Part shown: one piece after another, positions 1 through 8,442 of the stretch
How the letters are laid out: each line of letters starts with the position of its first letter
How positions within the stretch are numbered: the stretch's first letter is position 1
From: Bacteroidota bacterium
Lineage (GTDB): Bacteria; Bacteroidota; Bacteroidia; JADZBD01
Assembly (NCBI GenBank): GCA_040756415.1
Contig: JBFLYZ010000013.1
Coordinates: 3,768-67,767 of the forward strand
DNA: 64,000 nucleotides
Reading direction: 5' to 3'
Notes under the pieces: model-generated
Database searches by the model: none
What the model was told of the DNA's origin: nothing
The model's input: only the letters and a program-made list of their open reading frames with translations
Position numbers and translations under genes: made by a program

Positions 1-668
1 TGGCAAAGGATAAGCAGCTTAAGTTTCACATGGAAATGAACTGCCAGACCCTGCCCGATGTAAAGTCATATAACGTAGTAGGGGAGCTGCGGGGAAGCCA
101 GTTTCCCGATGAGATCATTACCGTTGGCGGCCACCTCGATTCATGGGACGTGGGTGACGGAGCCCACGATGACGGGGCAGGCTGCGTGCAATCGATAGAA
201 GTGCTGCGCATTTTCAAGGCTTTGGGCATACAGCCCAAGCGGACCATCCGTGCTGTGCTGTTCATGAACGAAGAGAACGGGGGCAAAGGGGCGGATAAGT
301 ACCTGGAGCTGGCCATTAAGAACAAAGAAAAGCACCTGCTGGCCATCGAGTCGGATGCCGGTGGATTTTCCCCGCGGGGCTTCGGTCTTACCATGAGCGA
401 GGAGCAGAAGAAAAAGGTAAAGGGGTGGAGCCCGTTGTTCATCCCCTATGGCGTTTACGATTTCGACCATGCCGGTGGGGGTGCGGATATCAACGACCTG
501 AAGACCATAGGATGCGCGCTGATGGGCCTGCGTCCCGATGGCCAGCGTTATTTCGACCTGCATCACACCATAGCCGATACTTTCGATAAGGTGAACGAGC
601 GGGAGCTCAAGCTGGGCGCGGGCGCCATGGCAATGATGATCTGGCTGGTGAGCGAATATGGCCTGTAG
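1..668 (+). CDS. M28 family metallopeptidase, C-terminal part (5' end lies outside the window)
   Basis: The reading frame is open from nt 3 to the first ATG at 30, so the gene starts upstream of the window. Motifs GGHLDSWDVGDGAHDDGAG and FMNEENGGKGA resemble the metal-ligand segments of M28 aminopeptidases. Confidence 0.8.
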   Translation, partial: AKDKQLKFHMEMNCQTLPDVKSYNVVGELRGSQFPDEIITVGGHLDSWDVGDGAHDDGAGCVQSIEVLRIFKALGIQPKRTIRAVLFMNEENGGKGADKYLELAIKNKEKHLLAIESDAGGFSPRGFGLTMSEEQKKKVKGWSPLFIPYGVYDFDHAGGGADINDLKTIGCALMGLRPDGQRYFDLHHTIADTFDKVNERELKLGAGAMAMMIWLVSEYGL

Positions 669-734
669 TAAGATTTTTATTGTTTCTCTTTGCCGGATCT
701 GCTTTGCAGGCCTGCTTTTATGAAAGATCCCTTT

Positions 735-2750
735 ATGAAAAGATTTACCTTCCTTGTTTTTCTGATCCCGGCCATTGCCTCATCGCAGAACACCCTGAAG
801 AGCCTGGGCGAGTACCGCTATACGGTACCGCTGCGGAAAGAGATGACCGCGGCCCAGTTGCAGACCGAGTGGTGGCACGAATACCTGGAGTGGCCGGTGC
901 ATGACCGCCTGCTGAAAACGCTGCTCGACAGGATAGACAGCGGCAAAATACCTGTTTTCATCCCTCACTACCCTTTCGATAAGATCGCTACGAGATCGGA
1001 GGTCGCTCAGTTGCTTCACCGGGTCGACACCGCGTACCAGGAGAACTATGATATCAATACAGGAGAACCGATCTTTGATACCGTACTCGTTCGCTCTGAT
1101 TTCTACCAGGAGGATATTTCTTCGCTTTCCTTTTTTGAAGAGTGGTTCTTCAATGAAAGTACGATGGAATTCAAAAAAAAGGTCAAAGGGTTTACGATCA
1201 ACCGCTGGCTGGAAACCGAGTACGGAGAGAGAAGGGGCGAGAAGGCCATGTTCTTCGTGGCTACGGATAAATCGTTCTATCCGGGCCAGGCCCCTGAAGG
1301 CCCCCAGGATGTACGGACGGTGCCTTACCTGACCTATTATCATAATACGATCGATCATAGCTCATATGACAATAACAAAACGATACTCCAGCAATCGCAA
1401 CTGAGCATGTTGTTAACCCAGGTAAAGGCTGCAGCGGAAAAAAACAAATCGATTATTTCCGATACCCTGTTCCCCTATACGGAAAAGCCTGATAAGAAAG
1501 AGCTTGCCGGCATCATGGCGCAAATGGGCAAGGCCAGTAACCTTAAGTTCTACGAGGAGTGGTGTTTTGATGTGGGCCGCATGCAGTTTGAGAAAAAGAT
1601 CAGGGGCGTTGTTTTGCTGGATGAGAAAACGCTTACGGATTCTTTCGGCCTGGCCACCGTGAACCGCAGAGAGATCGCCTTTATTCCGCTGAACGGGTTT
1701 GTGCCTGAGAATGTTTTGGGCAACCCGGTGACCACCGTTGAAAAACAACTGTACACGGTTCAGACCGCGAACTTTCATTACAGCGCCTGGCATACGCTCC
1801 CCAGGCTGGCCAATGCTGATTCGGCAAAGGTAATGGCCATGCAGGTGATGATAGCGGATAAGGTGAAAAACCATAAACTAAGCGCTTATCCGGGAAGCGG
1901 AACAGGAGCATGGGCATACGACCCCTGGGATCCGCGGATGCGCGTTCCAAAGACGAAAGAGGAGTTGGAAAAGATATTCGTATGGTATGATTCAGTGTAC
2001 GTGGAATGGGACATGGAAACCGGTCAGGCGTATAAAGTGATGAGACACGAATTACAGTACAGCGATATCAGCGCTGTGCAGTTCTATGAAAGCTGGAACT
2101 TCGACCTGAAGAAGCTGCAATTCGGAAAGGAGGTTAAGGCCATTGCGCTGCTCCTGCCCAAGATCGACAAGTATACGGGAGAATGCAGGGGATTTGTGCC
2201 GGTTTTTTGTGTAAACATTGCCGGTGCGGATGCGGCCGTACTTGCGCAGCTTATGCAGCCGCAATACCTGCTGGGCCAAGGGATCACAACCTCCGTGCCC
2301 ATAGATTTTGACCGCATCAACCTGATGGACACCTACGACAGCAAGACCGGTGAGGTCAAATGGATCACGGGTTATGGCAATAGCTGGCAGAACAACCTGT
2401 ATGCATCGTGCAATTATACGATGGTGCAAGGTATCATCGATGGCGTATACTCGGGCGGGATCAAGGCCCTTGACCCGCAAACGAAGAAGGCAATGAAAAA
2501 GGAGCAGGTGAAAATGAAGCTGGACGCATTAAAGGACTCCACCTTCGTGAAGCCGGGCGACCTGTCTACGGACTACACCCTGGTCAATCGCCTGAAATTC
2601 ACCGAAGACTGGTATTTCAATCCGGATACCATGCAATTCTGCAAGAAAGTGACCGCTGTTACTTTGGTCAGGGCCGTGAAGGTCCGCAACGAAGAAACGG
2701 GCGCAGACACCTGGAAAGAAACCGAACTATTCACCATTTTACTTAACTGA
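735..2750 (+). CDS. Secreted hypothetical protein with four tandem GldN/PorN-like modules
   Basis: Long ORF with signal peptide MKRFTFLVFLIPAIASSQ. ATG 720 and TTG 690 are alternative starts. A four-fold motif recurs at about nt 1130, 1548, 2082 and 2598: FFEEWFFNESTMEFKKKVKG, FYEEWCFDVGRMQFEKKIRG, FYESWNFDLKKLQFGKEVKA, FTEDWYFNPDTMQFCKKVTA. The GldN resemblance is from memory only. Confidence 0.75.
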   Translation: MKRFTFLVFLIPAIASSQNTLKSLGEYRYTVPLRKEMTAAQLQTEWWHEYLEWPVHDRLLKTLLDRIDSGKIPVFIPHYPFDKIATRSEVAQLLHRVDTAYQENYDINTGEPIFDTVLVRSDFYQEDISSLSFFEEWFFNESTMEFKKKVKGFTINRWLETEYGERRGEKAMFFVATDKSFYPGQAPEGPQDVRTVPYLTYYHNTIDHSSYDNNKTILQQSQLSMLLTQVKAAAEKNKSIISDTLFPYTEKPDKKELAGIMAQMGKASNLKFYEEWCFDVGRMQFEKKIRGVVLLDEKTLTDSFGLATVNRREIAFIPLNGFVPENVLGNPVTTVEKQLYTVQTANFHYSAWHTLPRLANADSAKVMAMQVMIADKVKNHKLSAYPGSGTGAWAYDPWDPRMRVPKTKEELEKIFVWYDSVYVEWDMETGQAYKVMRHELQYSDISAVQFYESWNFDLKKLQFGKEVKAIALLLPKIDKYTGECRGFVPVFCVNIAGADAAVLAQLMQPQYLLGQGITTSVPIDFDRINLMDTYDSKTGEVKWITGYGNSWQNNLYASCNYTMVQGIIDGVYSGGIKALDPQTKKAMKKEQVKMKLDALKDSTFVKPGDLSTDYTLVNRLKFTEDWYFNPDTMQFCKKVTAVTLVRAVKVRNEETGADTWKETELFTILLN

Positions 2751-2755
2751 AGAAA

Positions 2756-3136
2756 ATGAAAAAAATAATCACGTCAAAGAACGCCCCGGCCCCTATTGGC
2801 CCTTATTCGCACGGGGTGATGATCAATAACATGCTCTTCGTATCGGGGCAGGTAGGCAAGCGCGCGGATACGGGTGAGCTGGTGCTGAGCGATATCAAAG
2901 CGGAAACCAGGCAGGTGATGGAAAACATCGGAGCTATCCTGGAAGAGGCCGGCATGGACTATTCTCATATCGTGAAGACAACCATTTTCATGAAGGATAT
3001 GGGTAATTTTTCAGCCATGAACGAAGTGTACGGCTCATTCTTCAGCGGCAATTACCCTGCGCGTGAAACAGTGCAGGTCTCGCGTTTGCCTTTGGATGTG
3101 AATGTGGAAATATCGGTAACCGCTGTCAAGGGCTGA
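2756..3136 (+). CDS. ridA: RidA family reactive-intermediate deaminase (YjgF/TdcF/L-PSP)
   Basis: 126 aa. N-terminus KNAPAPIGPYSHGVMINNMLFVSGQ and C-terminus ARETVQVSRLPLDVNVEI are typical of RidA/YjgF proteins. Confidence 0.9.
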   Translation: MKKIITSKNAPAPIGPYSHGVMINNMLFVSGQVGKRADTGELVLSDIKAETRQVMENIGAILEEAGMDYSHIVKTTIFMKDMGNFSAMNEVYGSFFSGNYPARETVQVSRLPLDVNVEISVTAVKG

Positions 3137-3139
3137 TCA

Positions 3140-3646
3140 TTACTTCATGTACCTGTAGTTCATGCCGTACATGATAATGAAGGCAATGCTGATGAAATCC
3201 GACAGGTACGACATCCAGCCCCAGAATCCCCAGAATCCGTCCAGGCCCAATCCGCCTATGAGAACGAAATAGAGTACGATGGGGGTAAGCTGTGCCGCAA
3301 CGTAAATAAAAAAGCCCGCTTTCCTGAGGTTCCACATCAGTATGGCCCCGAGCAATACCAGGGCGGTACAAACCAGCTTTACGATAGCGAGCGTTTCTCC
3401 ATATCTTACCCAGCGCATGGCTGCATCCCATTCGGGTGTGTTAATCGCGGTGTTGACCTCCGTCATGATGCCGGCCAGTGAGGCGCTCATCCTGGCTGCC
3501 CAGAGCTGGTATATGCCGAATATGAACCATAAACCTACCCCAACGAAGCTGAGCACACATAAAGTGATAAGGAAAGCGGGCCGCTTTTGAGGCTGTTCCT
3601 CCTTAAAGATATCCTCATCGAGCAGGGAGTCGAGATCGGTGGCCAT
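3140..3646 (-). CDS. Small 4-TM membrane protein, paralog A of a tandem family
   Basis: 168 aa. Acidic N-terminus LLDEDIF, then KRPAFLITLCVLSFVG (TM1), mid motif NLRKAGFFIYVAAQ and C-terminus IIMYGMNYRYMK. All are shared with the four adjacent genes. Confidence 0.75.
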   Translation of the reverse strand: MATDLDSLLDEDIFKEEQPQKRPAFLITLCVLSFVGVGLWFIFGIYQLWAARMSASLAGIMTEVNTAINTPEWDAAMRWVRYGETLAIVKLVCTALVLLGAILMWNLRKAGFFIYVAAQLTPIVLYFVLIGGLGLDGFWGFWGWMSYLSDFISIAFIIMYGMNYRYMK

Positions 3647-3651
3647 GGGTC

Positions 3652-4086
3652 TTATTTGAGGTGTTTGTAGTTCATGGAGTACATCACGATAAATGCGACC
3701 GGCACCAGGTAGCCCGCAAAGCTGATCATGTTCAGCGCGTAATAGAATTCTTCTATCATGACCAGGGAATACACAAGCGGGGCGCTCTCACCAATGATGT
3801 ATAGGAAAAAGCCGGCCCTTCTCAGGCGCAGCATCAGTATGGCGCCCACCAGGCAGAGCAGGGTGGAGCCCATGCTGATGAACAGGTTTATCGCTTCAAT
3901 CGTAGTATTCTCTTCGGGAAGGCGCTGGCTGATGAATTGGGCCAGCGCGATGAAATTCAGAATGAACAAAAGGCCGCAGCCTACAAAGGTGAGAATGCAC
4001 AGCACGGTAAGGAAAACGGGCCTCCCCTGCGGCTTGTTATCCCTGAAAAAATCCTCGTCCAGTAATTCGTCTATGTTCGTGCTCAT
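3652..4086 (-). CDS. Small 4-TM membrane protein, paralog B
   Basis: 144 aa with LLDEDFF..GRPVFLTVLCILTFVG, LRLRRAGFFLYIIGE and FIVMYSMNYKHLK. Its start overlaps the stop of the upstream gene (ATGA at 4083-4086). Confidence 0.75.
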   Translation of the reverse strand: MSTNIDELLDEDFFRDNKPQGRPVFLTVLCILTFVGCGLLFILNFIALAQFISQRLPEENTTIEAINLFISMGSTLLCLVGAILMLRLRRAGFFLYIIGESAPLVYSLVMIEEFYYALNMISFAGYLVPVAFIVMYSMNYKHLK

Positions 4087-4967
4087 CGCAGGTGCCTGAA
4101 ATTAAGACGGTACATAAATACGAAAACCAGGGGAATTCCCAGCAGCATGGCCATAAAAAAGGCATGTATGCTCTCCAGGTTATGCGCGTATTTGGCCAGG
4201 TAGAAGAAAAGCCCTACCAGAACGGGTATGACCTGGGCGAAGAGGTAGATGTAAAAGCCGAAGCTCCTGCGCAAAAGCATGATGGCCGCCCCCGCGGCCG
4301 AAAGCAGCGAGCAGGCTATGTTCAGCCAGCAGTAATTGACCACGAATAAAAAGAATGAAGCGCTCTCTTCGTAATAAGGCAGAAATGAGCCGTAGTCCAG
4401 GTACCGCTCATAAAAGCTCCTGATGAAAAGGAACAGAACAATGTGGAGCATGCTGCCGATGAAGCTCAGTATACACAGCACCACCAGGAATACCGGCCGT
4501 TCGCGCTGATTTTCCTGCCGCACGGCCAGACCGGCATTAATGAACCGGTAGCTCAGCGAAAAGAGCACCATGAAGATGAAGGGAGGCCCGAGCACCAGCA
4601 GCATTTCGTCCCAGTCGCGGATGCGCAGCTCCCGCCTGTAAATACTGCCATAGATCACCGGGCTGAGCTGCCCGGCAAGGTAAATGATGAAGCCGGCTTT
4701 CTTTTTCAGCAGCATGAGCAGGGCGCCCAGCGCACAGACCAGGGCGCATACCACCTGGATGATGCAGAACATCCGGAGGTGTTCTTTAAAAACAGATGTA
4801 TAATTGTATTCGTTAAGCCCCTCTTCATAATAAATGAAGGAGAAAAGGCCGATATATCCTGCGCAGCCTATAAAGGTGAGTATGCAAAGCACGGTCACAA
4901 AGACCGGCCTTCGCCTGGGCGCCAGCGGATCGGTAGCCAGCTCTTCGTCAAGTACGAGCGGATCCAT
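4083..4967 (-). CDS. Fused double copy (8-TM) of the same membrane-protein module, paralog C1-C2
   Basis: 294 aa. It contains two full modules: RRRPVFVTVLCILTFIGC ... LLKKKAGFIIYLAGQ ... LFSLSYRFINAG, then RERPVFLVVLCILSFIGS ... LLRRSFGFYIYLFAQ ... FMYRLNFRHLR. Confidence 0.75.
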   Translation of the reverse strand: MDPLVLDEELATDPLAPRRRPVFVTVLCILTFIGCAGYIGLFSFIYYEEGLNEYNYTSVFKEHLRMFCIIQVVCALVCALGALLMLLKKKAGFIIYLAGQLSPVIYGSIYRRELRIRDWDEMLLVLGPPFIFMVLFSLSYRFINAGLAVRQENQRERPVFLVVLCILSFIGSMLHIVLFLFIRSFYERYLDYGSFLPYYEESASFFLFVVNYCWLNIACSLLSAAGAAIMLLRRSFGFYIYLFAQVIPVLVGLFFYLAKYAHNLESIHAFFMAMLLGIPLVFVFMYRLNFRHLR

Positions 4968-5394
4968 AGGCTATAAACCGGTATGAAAAGGTGTAAATGA
5001 CCGGGAAGATCAGAGGTATGCCCAGGAAAACAAGTGCCGGTTCCCACTTGTCAAAATCCAGATTCTTATAGTAGATCGCGCCATAGATCACCGGTGCCAG
5101 TTGCCCGGCAAGGTAGATAAAATAGCCGCTTCTTTTGCGGATCAGCATCAGCACCACGCCTGCCGCAGCGGCCAGGGCCCCGGCCATGTTCAGTGAGAAA
5201 TAAAGCTGCAGGTAAGGCCACTGGCTGCTGTCCTGCGATTCTCCGCCCACAACAACATACAAAATGGCGAATATGATAAGCACGGCCGCGCATCCCACCA
5301 GGCTGAGTGTGCACAGAACAGGGAAAAATGCAGGGCGCTTTTTGTTCCGGGGCTCATCGGAAGAAAGGTCTTCATCAAGAATGATACGGTCCAT
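4948..5394 (-). CDS. Small 4-TM membrane protein, paralog D
   Basis: 148 aa with ILDEDLSSDEPRNKKRPAFFPVLCTLSLVGC, LIRKRSGYFIYLAGQLAPVIYG and VIYTFSYRFIAYG. There is a 20-nt overlap with the start of paralog C. Confidence 0.75.
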   Translation of the reverse strand: MDRIILDEDLSSDEPRNKKRPAFFPVLCTLSLVGCAAVLIIFAILYVVVGGESQDSSQWPYLQLYFSLNMAGALAAAAGVVLMLIRKRSGYFIYLAGQLAPVIYGAIYYKNLDFDKWEPALVFLGIPLIFPVIYTFSYRFIAYGSART

Positions 5395-5435
5395 CCGGGT
5401 CGGATCTGTCCGGGTCGGTTTGCCGGGACAATTCC

Positions 5436-5957
5436 TTAATGAGGTTTATACGTGCGCAGGTGCTTCAGGTTGAGGGCGTAGAGGATCACGAAAAGCACGG
5501 GTACGAAGATAGCGACCAGCATGGGGATCTGCAGATCGGCCGGCACGTTACCGTAGGTAGTGGCCAGGTGATAAGCATAGGCCGCACCGATAGCGGGCAG
5601 CAGCTCACCGAAGGCGTAGACAAAGAATCCCAGGCGCTTTCTTCGCCACATCATGATAGCACCGATCAGGCAAACGATATGCAGGCCGATAATAATGCCC
5701 AGCGAGATGTTCAGCCATTTTTTGGCATCCTCCAGCGCATCGTTCACATCGCTCATGCCCGGCATATTATTAAGGCTCAGGTCCATGACCGCGTTCAGGC
5801 CCTTGCTGATCATGTTCTTGGCGGCCTGTATCTCTTCGATCATCGATTCGATCTGCCCGGAATACAGAATGGCGGCAACAATGCTCAGCGGAACGCCTAT
5901 GAAAGTAAGTATGCAGAGTAGGGTCAGGAACCTGGGTCGTTTGGCTGCTTGCTCCAT
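5436..5957 (-). CDS. Small 4-TM membrane protein, paralog E (long extracytoplasmic loop 1)
   Basis: I place the start at the internal ATG 5957 (MEQAAKRPRFLTLLCILTFIG). The family N-terminus begins there, and the longer ORF to 6236 would overlap the next gene and run through a terminator hairpin. Motifs MWRRKRLGFFVYAFGE and FVILYALNLKHLR are present. Confidence 0.7.
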   Translation of the reverse strand: MEQAAKRPRFLTLLCILTFIGVPLSIVAAILYSGQIESMIEEIQAAKNMISKGLNAVMDLSLNNMPGMSDVNDALEDAKKWLNISLGIIIGLHIVCLIGAIMMWRRKRLGFFVYAFGELLPAIGAAYAYHLATTYGNVPADLQIPMLVAIFVPVLFVILYALNLKHLRTYKPH

Positions 5958-5986
5958 GATGCCGGTGTTTATGTTTGCAAAGAAAG

Positions 5987-6018
5987 AAAAAACCCTGAAA
6001 CGATGCTCAGGGTTTTTT
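5987..6018 (-). terminator. Rho-independent terminator hairpin (symmetric, A-run/T-run flanked)
   Basis: The sequence aaaaaaCCCTGAaacgatgcTCAGGGtttttt lies just downstream of the DUF5684 gene stop (6038). It has a 6-bp GC-rich stem and a U-tract on either strand. Confidence 0.55.
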
Positions 6019-6037
6019 ACATTGAAATAAGGATTTG

Positions 6038-6391
6038 TTAAGCCGCCACGGGTTTGCCACCGGGGCCTACGTATTTGGAGCTGCCGAACGCAAGGATAGG
6101 CCAGAAGATGATGCCCAGCAGCAGAAGGCCGATCGCAAATCCGGCACCCTGTCCGAACGACTTGGCGAGCTCGATGTAAATAATGATCAGGATAATGAAG
6201 TTCACGATGGGGATCAGCATGAGGAAGAACCACCACCAGGGTTTACCGCAGATCTCCAGGAGAACGATGATATTGTAAATGGGAACGATGCAGGCCCAGC
6301 CCGGCTTACCGGCCTTGGTATACACTTTCCACATACATATGATCATGAAAAGGGCAAGCGCCAGGGCGAATATGAGAAATCCCATACCCAT
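6038..6391 (-). CDS. DUF5684-like small membrane protein
   Basis: 117 aa. The motif MWKVYTKAGKPGWACIVPIYNIIVLLEICGKPWWWFFLMLIPIVN matches my recollection of the DUF5684 signature (KAGKPGW..IPIYN...GKP.WW). Confidence 0.75.
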   Translation of the reverse strand: MGMGFLIFALALALFMIICMWKVYTKAGKPGWACIVPIYNIIVLLEICGKPWWWFFLMLIPIVNFIILIIIYIELAKSFGQGAGFAIGLLLLGIIFWPILAFGSSKYVGPGGKPVAA

Positions 6392-6681
6392 GGCCAGTAA
6401 GCCCCCTGGTAGGCATCTCCATATTGATTAAGCGCGGCTTCTAATTCTTTGAAAGCCATGTCTAGCGAATCCATTGCTGCTGATGTTGAATCCATTTTGT
6501 GTTTGGTTTTTGGTTAACGTTTATGTTTGAGAAATAATGGCGTAAAGCAACATCATTTCCATGAACTGGCAAATTTTGTCGATGGATTTTTATAAACAAA
6601 TGGCGGTTTTTGTTGAAAACCCGGCACATACGGGTCGCACCCCGTTTAACATTCCCTTTTTATCAGGACAAACCGGCCCAC

Positions 6682-8442
6682 TCAGAAATTATGCTTGCTC
6701 CACAGGCGGTAATTGGTCTTCTGGCTCTCGCTGGCCTGTTCTTTTTTGCGGATATACCAGGTGCGGTAGAACTCTTCGTGCGTTACGGCCAGGCGGGCGA
6801 TGCGGGTAAGGCCTCCGTTGGCGACAATCACCTTCACCGGGTCTTTGCCAAAATAGCTCAGCCAGTCGTTCAGGTTGGTAGCGCTTCCTTCGGGCTTTAC
6901 CTGCATATTGTTCACCATCAGGATCTCGTCACCGGTACTGAGCTCCGCCAGATCGGCTACGGAGCCGGGATAGATGGCGCTGATCCGGGCCGTTCCGCCT
7001 GTTTCGCTTGCCTTGAAGCCGTAAAAGCGCTCATGGAACTTTTTAGCGGGGGCGTGCATCAGCTCGCAGCCGATGTAATCGAGCGCCTCCTTAAAGGCAT
7101 TTTCGTATGAAGCCGCGCCATTAACGTACTGCGCGAAAAAATTATCCATGTTGTTCTCCGCGAAGTCCTCCACCAGCTTCTTGTAGTCGGCCTCGCTGTA
7201 TCCCCTTCCTTTCTTGGCGTACTCAAAGTACAAACAGCGCATCACGTCATCGAGCGAGTTGCGGTTTTCCGAGGTCCTCCTGATGGCGATATCGGTCATA
7301 AAGGCCAGCAGCGAGCCTTCGTCATAAATGGAGGTTTTCCGGTTGGGTATGCCGGGCGCGTAACCGTCCAGCCAGGTATCGAACGATGAATCGGCTACGC
7401 TCAGGTTGTACCGCCCGAAATTGTCCATATGCTTCTGCAGGCGTTCGTGAACGGTTTTCAGGTAGCCGGCCTCTGAAAATACCCCCGAACGATATAGAAG
7501 CAGATCGCCATAATAGGTTGTGATGCCCTCGCATACATAACCCAGCCTGGAATAGTTCTCCCGGGTATAATCATAAGGGTACATCTCTGCAGGACGTATG
7601 CTCTTGATGTTCCAGGCGTGGAAGAGCTCGTGCGAACTGACGCCCAGCAGGTCGTCATACAGCTCGCCTTTCATCAGGTTATAGGAGGGGCCCAGCGCAA
7701 TGACCGTTGAATTGAGGTGCTCTACGCCATGGTAAAAGCGGTAAGGCAGTATCTGGAAAAAGAAATGGTATACCTCCACAGGGCATTCCTTCATCATCAG
7801 GAACTGCTCGCTGATGAAAATGAAAAAGTCGTTGATGAGCCGGGTCCATTCCGGCTTGCATTCGCCCTGGAACCAGAGGTTGAACTCCACGCCATCCAGC
7901 ACAAAAAGGTTATGCTGAAGGGTATTGCTGGCGATAAAAGGCGAATCGGCCAGCTCGTGAAAATCCTTAGCTTCAAAGATGTTCTTCCCGATCTCCTTCA
8001 TGCCGCAGGCCACTTTGTAGCTTTCCGGCAGGGCCAGTTCGAGGGTGCAGGCTTCCCCGATGCGGTCGGGAATGAACACGCAGCAATTGACCGGGTTCAC
8101 GTACAACTGGGTTTCGTCCAGGAAGCTGGAGCCGGCATTGAGCTCGGCCGCGTAATAGTTATACCTGATATGCAGCTCTTTTACGCCCCTGGTCTGCACT
8201 TTCCAGCAATCCTTGCTGACCTTACGGAAAGCGAGGGCATTACCCTGTTCGTCATAGGCCGCCCACTTCTGCACGTTCTTGGCGAAGTTGCCCAGCTCGT
8301 ACCGGCCGGGCCGCCAGGAGGGAAGCTGTACCAGGGTCTCGCTGCCTTTTATCTGATCAGCGATGAACTCGATATCGATAAAATGATCGTGGGGGCGGTT
8401 GTAAGAAAGCAGGTAACGCATACCGCGCAAATTTAAGATCAT
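6682..8442 (-). CDS. M61 family glycyl aminopeptidase with C-terminal PDZ domain
   Basis: 586 aa. It has the zinc motif HELFHAWN, an M61-type N-terminus (YLLSYNRPHDHFIDIEF, PSWRPGRYELGNF) and a PDZ-like GDEILMVNN segment. The ATG overlaps the upstream stop (ATGA). ATG 8421 is an alternative start. Confidence 0.85.
   Translation of the reverse strand: MILNLRGMRYLLSYNRPHDHFIDIEFIADQIKGSETLVQLPSWRPGRYELGNFAKNVQKWAAYDEQGNALAFRKVSKDCWKVQTRGVKELHIRYNYYAAELNAGSSFLDETQLYVNPVNCCVFIPDRIGEACTLELALPESYKVACGMKEIGKNIFEAKDFHELADSPFIASNTLQHNLFVLDGVEFNLWFQGECKPEWTRLINDFFIFISEQFLMMKECPVEVYHFFFQILPYRFYHGVEHLNSTVIALGPSYNLMKGELYDDLLGVSSHELFHAWNIKSIRPAEMYPYDYTRENYSRLGYVCEGITTYYGDLLLYRSGVFSEAGYLKTVHERLQKHMDNFGRYNLSVADSSFDTWLDGYAPGIPNRKTSIYDEGSLLAFMTDIAIRRTSENRNSLDDVMRCLYFEYAKKGRGYSEADYKKLVEDFAENNMDNFFAQYVNGAASYENAFKEALDYIGCELMHAPAKKFHERFYGFKASETGGTARISAIYPGSVADLAELSTGDEILMVNNMQVKPEGSATNLNDWLSYFGKDPVKVIVANGGLTRIARLAVTHEEFYRTWYIRKKEQASESQKTNYRLWSKHNF

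Noticed and set aside
5958-6236. An N-terminal extension of the ORF 5436-6236 (266 aa) would make paralog E much longer.
   Set aside because: The extension (MVVLPHADPHRELHY...) has no family similarity. It overlaps the DUF5684 gene and reads through the terminator hairpin at 5987-6018. The conserved family N-terminus begins at the internal ATG 5957.
6343-6495. A 50-codon minus-strand ORF (MDSTSAAMDSLDMAFKELEAALNQYGDAYQGAYWPW...) overlaps the start of the DUF5684 gene in another frame. It could be an N-terminal extension separated by a frameshift, or a leader peptide.
   Set aside because: I recognise no motif in it. It is below the length where coding can be argued from sequence alone, and DUF5684 proteins usually start directly with the first TM helix. 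Only resequencing or ribosome profiling could revive it.
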